Notes under the pieces: model-generated
Told to the model about the DNA's origin: nothing
The model's database searches: none
What the model saw: only the letters and a program-made list of their open reading frames with translations
Part shown: positions 13,999 to 24,618 of the stretch, in pieces
Layout: every line of letters begins with the position of its first letter
Position numbering within the stretch: the stretch's first letter is position 1
Assembly (NCBI GenBank): GCA_040954595.2
Contig: CM082582.2
Span: forward strand, 868,001 to 932,000
DNA length: 64,000 nucleotides
Source of the DNA: Balanoglossus misakiensis
Taxonomy: Eukaryota > Animalia > Hemichordata
Direction of reading: 5' to 3'
Program-made: the position numbers and the translations under genes

Positions 13999-14202
13999 TG
14001 TAGTATTCTGACAGCTACGATCAATATAGCGCCCTCTAGTGTTGCATTGTTGGTGTTCCACTTGTTTATGAATTGCTGTACGATGTCACTTCCGCCCAGA
14101 TAAGGCGAAGCACATTGTTGAGTCTTTTCAGCCGATCAATAAATAGGTTGTTGTTATACCTTATGATCGCATTATTATTCCCATGTTGATGGAAACATAA
14201 CA
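13999..14202 (+). repeat. 3' LTR (204 bp)
   Basis: Starts TGTAGT after the PPT, contains AATAAA (~14138), and ends ...ATAACA. Confidence 0.92.
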
Positions 14203-15625
14203 GGGGGGACACCAACATCGTAGTCAGTGAGGTCATCTATGGTGGTGGGCGCGTCTTCCACTCGGCACTCCTCCGCGCACGCTTGGGGGATAAAAAATGC
14301 ATCAAAAACCCCTGGCGCGTCCTCGCTCCCCCTGCGTCGATGGATTCTGTGCGACTGCTTCCGCCCCCGTCCTCTCTGGTTGCTGTGTCCGGATTGATGA
14401 TGTTTTCCGGTGAGGTCGGATTTCCCGGAATTCTTCCTGTCGTGATTGGGATACCCACCTCAGCAGTATGCTAAGGACACGCCAGTGGATGAAAATCGCT
14501 GGTGTGGTGGGGGAGCTCAGTCGGAACCTGTTCGGCACCTCCCACCCCCGGAAGACGCACAGGCGCTTCATCATCACCATGGACTCCGGTGAACAAAAGG
14601 ATTCCGTAGGGATCCGTCCAGGTCCGCCCCTGCGGATATAGAAGTCTAGCAGGTCGGGTATTTCATTTCCTGGACCACACAGCCAGTATAGGTGAGTTTC
14701 TCTAACGCCTCCACCGCGTCCCGCTCGCGGAATACTACCGGCTTCTCAGTAAAAATAACTGGAAGGTGGCACTGAAAGGCGTGTTTCTTCAGTTTGCGCG
14801 TGGACCTCCGGCCTCCCGGGAACGGACATGGAGAAGGGCCTGATGAGTAATGTGGAACAGAGGATAGGGGGCTCCTTCGGGCCGGCCTGGCGCTCCTCCA
14901 GCGGCGTTCGTCTTCTTTGGGCGGTTCCGGCGTCGGAAACCGGATCGGTGATCGACGTCTGGGGCTGAGATCTCCCCAGCGTGAAAAGGATGGTCGTTAA
15001 CGGGAAGGTGGGCGGTCCCGCCTTTCCTCTCGAGAACGCTCCGGTCGCGGCGAACGGGTTGGGGATCTGGACCTAGTAGGGCTGCCGGGGTGGCGTCGAA
15101 GTTCCCAGGGGATTAGATATTCCCCCGCCTCCAACGTCGCCTCCAGCTCCAATGGGTTGATCAGTGACTGCAGCGGCAGCATTTCTTGGCGTGGGGGTGA
15201 TGGCTCCTGCAGCAGCCGTTGGTTTCCCCCGTCTCTCGCTACTGCTATTGGGGGTGATACACGGGTGCGGGGTGGGTCTGGCCCTTCCGACACCTCCATC
15301 GCCTGGTCCTTGTCGCCACCGAGTACCTGTTTTTCCAGCTGCGGATCCCGGAAGATGCTCAAAGTTTCCTCCAGGTCGTCAGCTGCGGTGGTGGTTCTTG
15401 TGGGCTCTTGCGGGGAGATATGGCCAACGAATCCCCCACGTACGCGGCCTGGATTGAACTCCCGAGGTAGTGTGCAGGTTTTTATGGCTGCGTCGGATGG
15501 TACGGGCAGGTTGGCTTCGGTCTTTTCCTTCCCGTATACATGCATGGCCTCCTCCCGTACCGTGGACATCCATCCTATGTCGCCTAGAACCGTGGCTACT
15601 TGACAGTTCTCACGGAGCATCAGGA
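14203..15625 (-). pseudogene. GC-rich frameshifted coding remnant of unknown, probably transposon-derived, protein
   Basis: Sharp GC increase. Consecutive minus-strand frames give an R/S/P-rich tract, a CPFP...KKHAFQCHLP zinc-finger-like motif and a PAIFIHWRVLSILL block, interrupted by frameshifts and stops. Confidence 0.5.
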
Positions 15626-15644
15626 ACAGTATTTTATGTCTCAC

Positions 15645-16538
15645 CTCCACTTCAGTTGTCGCTGTTGTATTTAATGTGGACGATGTTTTATATCTGTTGA
15701 TAACCAATGGGCCTAGTTTAACTGTGGCACCTACATCCAGTGGCAGCGCTGTTTTCTCACCCCAAAGGTTGACTTCAGCATCTCTTGTGCCATCAGTTAT
15801 GGTCAGTTTACGTCTCTTTGTAGAATTCGATGTATGTGTCACTGATTCATACTGTAGTGGAAATAAAATGGAAAACATTGAATGTTGATAATTACGAGTA
15901 GTAAATGTTGTGGAGAAATAGTGCAAGAGTGGTTGTTTTTTGTCAGTTGCTTTTTAAAATTTGAACTGCAAAATGATGAATCGATGGCAGTAATTTTGAC
16001 CCGAGGTGAGTTGACAAGGCATGGTTGTATCATATAAATGGATTTTCAATGTACGTGATCGCATGGAGGCTGCCATATTGGATTACATCCGAAGACCTTC
16101 CCATTGGGCTTCGGTTGAATTCGGGAAAGGTCTCTAAAATGTAATGGGTCATTCAATTTTGTAGAGTAAATTTCTAAAAATGTAGAAGATGGGAGGTTAA
16201 GATACCCAAAATGACTACGGCAAAAAAAAAGTCAGGCCCATAAGTTACGGGGTGCGATTATAACGTACCTTTGCTCTATCATAGAGGCAAATGGTATTAT
16301 CTCTTCCAGTGGAAAAGTTGCGGAGCTGTACGTATTCTCCCTTCTGTAATCTGTTCAGCCACTTCGGATTTTCTTTCCAGAATTTAAGTTCCAGAACGTT
16401 GCCATCCTGCTGCATACAAGGCACGCTAAACAGTTTCCCGTTGGCGGAATTCCGGATCTCGACATCCTCCATGAGGCGCAATTTCAGTGCCACGCCTTGG
16501 CTGGTTGGGGATGAGGGACCGGGAGCCGGGGATGCCAT
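15645..16538 (-). pseudogene. OB-fold (RPA/SSB-like) gene copy A: exon 16538-16269 (90 aa) and exon 15851-15645 (69 aa); middle exon deleted, 3' exons absent
   Basis: Canonical AG/GT phase-0 boundaries. The 69-aa exon aligns without gaps to exon 57831-58037 (25/69 identical by hand count; TDG...NLWG.K...GATVK.GP...LN.T..TE). The first exon aligns to 55168-55395. Confidence 0.75.
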
Positions 16539-17320
16539 AACGCCGTTAAACCTGAAAAATAGATTGAGAGTGGATATTGTTTTACACAATTTTTGAACAT
16601 TGAAGTAAAGTATTAGAATGATGGAGTCCGATAAAAAAGTGAGTTGGTGATTGCGGCATCCGACTTCGTTATTAAAAATGGAAAGATTTGCGATTTGAGA
16701 TTCGGTTACCATTTGCAAGTTTGAAAGGAAATATTTCATTGAAGCACAGTGGCAACTACTGGGTTATGGAGAATTTTTGAAATGTTGATGAACGGAGACT
16801 TATTAGAATCAATGAAAACCTACCTTTAACGGTGTTACGGTTACTAAACGTGAGAGACCGCTTGTCTCGTTCATCCGATTCTGAGCTCCTAGCTCTTGTG
16901 GAGACATGCGGAGGTACAGCGGGTTAACGGTTAGAAAGTGTTGATGAAAGAAATAAGTTTATAGGCCAATCAGGAGTTAGATTCGAATGTCCGAAAATGA
17001 GCTCGAGAAACCGTAGGCGAACGCAACAGACAGCAATTTAAATTTGCATAACTAGAGGTTTGGGTGGAAAGATTTCAGAATTTAACGCACATATACAGAT
17101 ATTTTGTAGTGGAAATTTGAGTATATTATAAATAGTACATGTAATAAGACTGTGAATTGATTTTATTTACTGACAATTAAATGAAGTTACCCTTTGAGTA
17201 TGGGTGTTTATCGAGGGGGAGGGGGTCCAAAAAAATGTTAGAAACTGTTGAAGATGAAACCGGAAAGATGTAGCAAATTCGTTAGTTTTCCCTTTTTTGG
17301 AAATTATGCTCGAAGCGTGT

Positions 17321-17414
17321 GATTGGTCAATTAGTCAGAAGGGGATTGGTTGGAAATAGTCGAATATGATTGGGCAATAAGTTCGAAGCTGAAATCCCTC
17401 AGGCTGTATAAATA
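17321..17414 (+). promoter_or_regulatory. Candidate Pol II promoter: three inverted CCAAT boxes followed by a TATA box
   Basis: GATTGG at 17321, 17344 and 17368 (23-24 bp spacing), then TATAAATA at 17407. It points away from OB-fold copy A. Motif evidence only. Confidence 0.3.
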
Positions 17415-18975
17415 CGGTGTTTGTGGCGTGTACTAATGGAGTATGGCTGGGGTGTGTTGTGTCGAGCAGTGTAGTATATCATTTGTGGGGCATTGAATAT
17501 TTAGAACAAAGTTCTCTATGTCGGACTTCCTAACATATACTCGATCGTTGATAACAAAACGAGCAGATATTTTTGTGCAAATAGTGTGCGCAAAACAACA
17601 ACTAAACATGAAGACAACAACATAGTACTGCGTGCGGTGCGACTCGGTTGTAAGCGTCAAGTCAAAAACTGCAAAGACATGCAACAGGTGTAAATATAGT
17701 CGACTGAAATGCTGAAAAACCATGAATATCGATTGGCTCAAAGTGATGGGAATCGGCTCAACTTACCGGAGGGAATTGGTACATTATATAACGAGTAAAC
17801 TAGAACGAAAGAAATCCCAGCGTGAACACTGGAAATTGTTCATAAATTAATATTTATACATGTATGTGTATATTGCGTAACCTTCGAAAATTCGAATATC
17901 ATTAGCACTTGGCCTAAAAAGTTGTGCATTGCGAGTGGGACACTGGGCAATTATTTTTATGGGCCGCCATCGCTATGCAGTTTAGATGTAGTATTTTACT
18001 CAACTTTTACCGGCAAGTGAGTGATTTGCTTTCAGAAGGTAATGAGACGGAAATAAACTTATGCAATCAGAGTTAATTATTCGTGAGGATACAAACCTTT
18101 GTACTAGATTTATTGTAATTTTTCAGTGTATACTCCTGGCCTTCGCAGGACTTTCATTTTTTACCCGGTTTGTGTGTTTTCGGGTTACCCATGGGCACTC
18201 TCTACCTGTTTTAAAACTCTGAACAAGTCGATGTCACGTGTATCATTTTATGTACGACGTACATCATTATAATAATGCTATAGTGAAGTTTTTAAAAAGG
18301 AAATATTTTTTTAGTGTTATTCTCTTCGTTTTTTTTATGACTGAAATATGCTTGTGCTTGATGGAAAAACCGGATTCAACCTTAGCTTAATATATGCATT
18401 ATCGTTCGCAACTGACGTCATATAATGTAGCAATTTCCCTCCGGTTAAATTGAACCAATCGGCATTCCCGTTTTTCCACCATTTCACTCGAATATCTAAC
18501 TCCAGGATCCTGATTGGCCTATGTAATTAATCATTCCTTTCATCAACACTTCCTAACCGTTAACCCGCTGTACCTCCGCATGTCTCCACAAGAGCTAGGA
18601 GCTCAGAATCGGTCGGACGCAGACCAGCGGTCTGTCAGGTGTAGTAACCCTAACACCGTTAAAGGTAGGTTTTCATTTATTCTATTATAAGTCTCCGTTC
18701 ATCAACATTTCAAAGATTCTCAATAATGCAGTAGTTGCCACTGTACTTCAATGAAATATTTCCTTTCAAACTTGCAAATACTACTTGAACCGAATCGCAA
18801 ACCTTTCCATTTTTAATAACGAAGTCGGATGCCGAAATTACCAACTCACTTTTTTTATCGGATTCCATCATTCTAATACTTTACTTCAATGTTCAAAAAT
18901 TGTGTAAAACAATATCCACTTTCAATCTATATTTCAGGTTTAACGGCTATTTGTGCAACATTTGACAGTACTCAC

Positions 18976-19783
18976 ATCATGGACTTTTCCTACAACGCAC
19001 ACCCTCTTCTTCTGTGGAGATATCTCGACTTCTGATATCATTATTTGTGGCGGATGATACAATTCTGTTACCAATTTTTCAGGTATATCCATCGCTTTAC
19101 GCCCGCAAGGTATGATCTGGAAAAAAGTTTGGCGTAGTCTGTAAGTTGTGTGACTGAATCCGTAAAGGTGGCATTTGGAGGAAAAATTTTGAGCATTTTT
19201 ATCAGTAATCTAGTTTGTTTAAAATATTGGAACGCGATCAAAAATAAATGCGACTTGTAAACGAGTGCCGCGTTTGAATCGGTATTGACGATAAACATCG
19301 GTAATCGGCGATGAAATCAATGGATTTTCAATGTACGTGATCGCATGGAGGCTGCCATATTGGATTACATCCGAAGACCTTCCGATTAGGCTTCGGTTGA
19401 ATTCGGGAAAGGTCTCTAAAATGTAATGGGTCATTCAATTTTGTAGAGTAAATTTCTAAAAATGTAGAAGATGGGAGGTTAAGATACCCGAAATGACTAC
19501 GTCAAAAAAAAGGCCCATAAGTTTCGGGGTGCGATTATTACATACCTTTGCTCTATCATAGAGGCAAATGGTGTTATATCTTCCAGTGGAAAAGTTGCGG
19601 AGCTGTATGTATTCTCTCTTCTGTTATCTGTTCAGCTATTTCGGATTTTCTTTCCAGAATTTAAGTTCCAGAACGTTGCCATCCTGCTGCATACAAGGCA
19701 CGCTAAACAGTTTGCCGTTGGCTGAATTCCGGATCTAGACTGTATCCTCAATGAGGCACAATTTCACTGCCACGCCTTGGCTG
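18976..19783 (-). pseudogene. OB-fold gene copy B: 5'-truncated first exon (19783-19546) and intact second exon (19116-18976, 47 aa)
   Basis: 19319-19783 duplicates 16037-16505. The exon IIPCGRKAMDIPEKLVTELYHPPQIMISEVEISPQKKRVCVVGKVHD is bounded by ttttttccag / gtgagt and aligns to exon 56786-56929. Confidence 0.75.
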
Positions 19784-19802
19784 CATGGTTGCAGATGATG
19801 GA

Positions 19803-20680
19803 GCTAAGGTACGTAACAATCGCACCCCGAAACGCCTGGGCCCTTTTTTGTGTGTAGTCATTGTGGGTATGTTAACCTCCCATGTCCTACATTTTTAGAA
19901 ATTTAGTATACAAAATTGGATGACCGATTATGTTTTAGAGACCTTTCCCGAATCCACCTGAAGCCCAGTCGGAATGTCTTGGGATGTAACCTAAATTCAA
20001 TATGGCCGCCTCCATGCGTTCACTTGCATTAAAAAAAAAAAAAACGTTGATTTTATCTCCGAGTGGCGGTGTTTATCGTCAGTACCAATTGAAACGCGGC
20101 ACTCGCTTACAGGTCGCATTTTTATTTTTGAGCGCGTTCTAATATTCTAGAAAGAAAAAAATGATAGTTTCGAGTACAGATTACATGTATTTTAAAACGA
20201 GGTTTGGTCACAATGGTATCACTACTAAATGACTTACAATCGATGTTTTTAATTGTCTTTGCACCACAGTATGAATCCTGTGATGGTAAATTGCATTCAA
20301 CTTAGAAGGCGTGGAGTAAGTGCAACTGATGGTAACTGGGATACCAAACTGAAACTTTTGGGAGAGAAAACCTTGCCATGCATGGACGTGGGTGGCACAG
20401 TTAAACTTGGGTTAAATACTACAGCGACAACTGAAGTCCCGGTGAGATATTATAAAATACTCTTACATCATAAAATTGAAATCCTACATGTCAATAATTT
20501 CATATTTTCACTAATGTTTAGCAAAAAACAACTGCTCTCAACAAACCTTACCCCTCCCCCTCTTGTATTGTCAGTGCTTTGTAATCTATCAGTAACAATC
20601 CATTTTTTTCTCTCAAGGTGTTAAAAGAACCTATAGCTACTGGTGATGACATGATACCGTCCATGGGGTGTTGGAGGTAA
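19803..20680 (+). pseudogene. OB-fold gene copy C, more decayed and in the opposite orientation
   Basis: 19803-20148 is an inverted, diverged copy of the intron at 19228-19552. 20270-20441 encodes ATDG...LLGEK...DVGGTVKLG-LNTTATTEV followed by gtgaga. ~20618-20676 resembles exon 58770-58843. Confidence 0.6.
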
Positions 20681-22092
20681 TACACTTTCTAAGTATTAAC
20701 CAGTCAGGACGTAAGTGGGGTAATTACGGCGGTGAGATCAAAGAGATCTATTTGAATGTGAAAGTCGCTGAGTGGCAGTTACGGCCAGTTCGAAAAATGT
20801 TCAAACGGAGATTTTCGGTACTACAAGTGATCGTAGTGCACCCGTTTTTTCTAAGACGTGTATGAAACACCATAGTCAATGATAGGATGATTTTTCGTGA
20901 AGTTTTAACGACGCTTTCCCGAGAAAGACAGTTTCGGTATGTTGGTTTAAATTGTGGTCCTTGACTCTCGGCAAAGATTTCTTGTCTTGAAAAAAATTGG
21001 GTAGGTTAGGAAGATATTGAACTAAGTTACCGTGAAATTATAATAGTGTGAGCCGCTCCGTTGTGGGGTAATGACGGTGTAAAAATTGCCTTCGCCATCG
21101 ACGAGTACAGCCGTGTTTGCCATATGTGTATGCATTGAAGTAGGTCAACGCATGTTAACCCATGACGTAATGGCTTCCTTTTCAACGCGTCGTTATCTCT
21201 CATTAGCATATTACATACGGAGTCTATACACTATTCACGCTGACTGACTTCTCAGGACTGACCTATGGCACAGTAAATTGTGGTCCTTGACTCTCGGCAT
21301 GGATATATTCATGTCAAAATTATGAATAGAGGAGTTTAATAATGTTTCTAAAACCTGAGGGGGTTAATTTTTGTGTGGGTATGGCTGATATTTTTTTTTG
21401 TAACTTCAAGGTCACTTTGAATTTCGTGATCACAATTTTGTCAGTGGAAGTAAAGAAATTCTTCTCGATAAAACTTCATGAAAAATCACATGTAGTACAC
21501 TCATAGTACCAGTAATGTGCCTGGGGTGAAATAATTGTCAGAAATGGGTTGCTAGTTGCTTAACTTTCGTTGTGAAAAAAGTTGAAAAACTGTATGCAAA
21601 TGAGCAATTCAAACGTTACTGGCCAGTTCAAGTGTTTGCATTGCATGATCCCCTGCTGTTTAATTATCCCACTTACGTCCTGACTGTAACTGCAGTAGTT
21701 GCTTACATCAGACTCCCACTATCTGCATGCAAGTTGTGGATGGATTTGCAGAGAGAGAGGCTAGTACACGGCACTCATGTGGACCTGCACTACCACATTT
21801 CTATTCAACATCAGGTCTCTGAGTAAAAAGATGGCCATGTAAATTTTCTCTAAGTTTGTTAGAGAAATAAAGTACAACTTTAGTGTTTCACTAATTGAGT
21901 TTCAGTGTTCTTGTATTGTCTCGTTTGCCCCATGCCAACCTCAAAGTAAACGTCAAATTTGCCATTTTTGACTTATTTGTCCTTGTAGTGGGCCACATAG
22001 CATTTTAGTGCAACTTATGAAAATCTGAAGAACCAAATGCCTAATTTACCCAATCTGCACAGATTTATTTCAATGGTACAGACTTGATAATC

Positions 22093-23342
22093 AGTATAGC
22101 GCCCTCTGTGGTAGTATTGGGGGGGGGGTTAACCTAGCCTTTGTATGTTTATCCCTGTCCGGTTCCATTCCACTTGTATCTATGGTAACCTAATTATCAG
22201 CAGTAAAGGCCACAGCTTTGAAACAGTTTTAATAACAAGCACTCTGAATTACACGGCCATTCTCATTGGTGCATATAGTGTAGTCACGTTGTATTTTACT
22301 GCAACTGGTGAAAGTCTCCTAAAAACCAAATGTGTCTTTACCCACTGTGCACAGAGTATTTGAATGATACTCAGTTGATGGTCATATAGTATAGCGCCCT
22401 CTGTGGTAGTATTTTGATTATGGAGGTGGGGTTAAATCTTGTCTTTGCATATGTTTATCCCTGTCATGTTGCATTGGGCTTGTATCTATGGTAACCTAAT
22501 TATCAGCAGTAAAGGCCACAACTATGAAACAGTTTTAATATCAAGCACTCTCTGAATTACATGGCCATTCTCATTGGTGTATATAGTGTAGTCACGTTGT
22601 ATTTTACTACAACTGATGAAAGTCTCCTAAAAAACCAAATGTGTCTTACCCACTGTGCACAGAGTATTTGAATGATACTCAGTTGATGGTCATATAGTAT
22701 AGCGCCCTCTGTGGTAGTATTTTGATTATGGAGGTGGGGTTTAATCTTGTCTTTGCATATGTTTATCCCTGTCATGTTGCATTGGGCTTGTATCTATGGT
22801 AACCTAATTATCAGCAGTAAAGGCCACAACTATGAAACAGTTTTAATATCAAGCACTCTCTGAATTACATGGCCATTCTCATTGGTGTATATAGTGTAGT
22901 CACGTTGTATTTTACTGCAACTGATTAAAGTCTCCTAAAAAAACAAATAAGTCTTTACCCACTGTGCACAGAGTATTTGAATGATACTCAGTTGATGGTC
23001 ATATAGTATAGCGCCCTCTGTGGTAGTATTTTGATTATGGAGGTGGGGTTTAATCTTGTCTTTGCATATGTTTATCCCTGTCATGTTGCATTGGGCTTGT
23101 ATCTATGGTAACCTAATTATCAGCAGTAAAGGCCACAACTATGATACAGTTTTAATATCAAGCACTCTCTGAATTACATGGCCATTCTCATTGGTGTATA
23201 TAGTGTAGTCACGTTGTATTTTACTACAACTGATGAAAGTCTCCTAAAAAACCAAATGTGTGTTTACCCACTGTGCACAGAGTATTTGAATGATACTCAG
23301 TTGATGGTCATATAGTATAGCACCCTCTGTGGTAGTATTTTG
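22093..23342. repeat. Tandem repeat, ~309-bp unit, about 4 copies
   Basis: GTCATATAGTATAGC recurs at 22381, 22689, 22998 and 23307. The first unit is more diverged. The array is cut at ~23342 by the LINE. Confidence 0.92.
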
Positions 23343-24470
23343 GTCTCTCAGATACTGTTCTCATGTGGTTTAAGTCATACCTTTCCAATCGTAGTCAGTG
23401 TGTACTTGTAAATTCCACCCAATCACCTTTCTATCGGCTCGACACTGGGGTACCACAGGGATCAGTTCTTGGTCATATACTTTTCAATATGTACCCATCT
23501 CCATTTGGTGAATTAGTTCAAAGTCATGGTTGTCTTTATAGTTTTTATGCAGATGACTCTTCACTTTATATGTCTTTTAGTAAAGACAACGCAGCAAGAA
23601 CTGTTTCAAATCTTGAACTTTGTATATCCGATGTTAGGTTTTGGATGTCTGAAAACTTCTTGTGCTTATACGATGATAAGACTGAATTTGTTATTTTCTT
23701 TGGTATTTCAGGTGATCTGTCTGCTAGAGGGATTTCAGAAATTCGTGTTGGCGATTCTCTGATTCCTGTCCATTGTCAGGCTAAGAGCCTTGGTGTGATC
23801 CTTGACTCTTGTCTGACAATGAAGCCACATATTGGACAGATCTGCCGCTCTGCCACTTTTCATTTACGTCGCATTGCGCTTATCCGCAAATATTTATCTC
23901 ATTCTGCTACAGAGCAATTAGTTCATGCATTCATTACTTCTCGAATTGATTCATGTAATTCACTTTTATTTGGGCTCCCGAAGTATTCAATCAACCGTAT
24001 CCAACGCGTTCAGAATATTGCTGCTAGAATTGTTACTCATTCAAAAATCACCTGTCACATCACTCCAATTTTGTATCAGTTGCACTGGCTACCTGTTACA
24101 CAGCGTATTGTTTTTAAGATGTTAGTTCTCATTTTTAAATCCATTCATAAACTTGGTCCAATCTATCTTTCTAGCATGACTAATCTATATGTTCCGTGTC
24201 GCAATTTAAGGTCAGCTGATCAGTTCAAACTCTGCCTTGTTCGATCACGCACCAAGAGTTATGGTGATCGTGCTTTTACTGTTGCTGCTCCAATTCTTTG
24301 GAATAATCTTCCACTTACCATTCGCCAGGCACCAGACTTATCTGTTTTTAAATCAAATGTTAAAACTTTACTTTTTAAATCTGTTTTTTAGCCATTTGTT
24401 GTATTGTACTTTTGCTTTAAGCGTCATTGATCACATTTTTGTGGATACTGACACTATACAAATAAATTAT
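23343..24470 (+). mobile_element. 5'-truncated non-LTR retrotransposon (L2/CR1 group); RT C-terminal half (ORF 23363-24391) plus 3' UTR
   Basis: WFKSYLSNRSQ, GVPQGSVLG, FYADDS, HITPILYQLHWLPV, GDRAFTVAAPILWNNLP. The short 3' UTR ends CTATACAAATAAATTATTA. Confidence 0.9.
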
Positions 24471-24618
24471 TAGGGCCCAAGCGCGCGCAAGCGCTTGGGC
24501 CCTATTGGTTTCGTTGGGGTTTTTCTTTCTTTAGGGCCCAAGCGCAAGCAAGCGCTTGGGCCCTATTGGTTTCGTTGGAATTTTTAGGGCCCAAGCGCAC
24601 AGCAGCGCTTGGGCCCTA
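24467..24618 (+). repeat. Three consecutive Helentron left-end hairpins
   Basis: TAGGGCCCAAGCGC-N6-GCGCTTGGGCCCTA at 24471-24504, 24532-24565 and 24585-24618, each followed by TTGGTTTCG. Confidence 0.9.

Larger units (their letters stand above)
10276..14202 (+). mobile_element. Ty3/Gypsy LTR retrotransposon, defective (two internal deletions and one in-frame stop)
   Basis: TG...CA LTR, polypurine tract AAAAAAGAGGGGA at 13986-13998, G-run on both flanks (compatible with a GGGG/GGGGG TSD), and domain order gag-PR-RT-RH-IN. Confidence 0.95.

Noticed and set aside
14997-15926. 309-aa ORF as a real gene
   Set aside because: It reads through an intron, an OB exon with its own splice sites, and an unrelated GC-rich insertion.
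24471-24618. CRISPR-like palindromic repeats or terminators
   Set aside because: The intervening sequences resemble one another and matching right ends exist at 26027 and 27451; these are Helentron termini.
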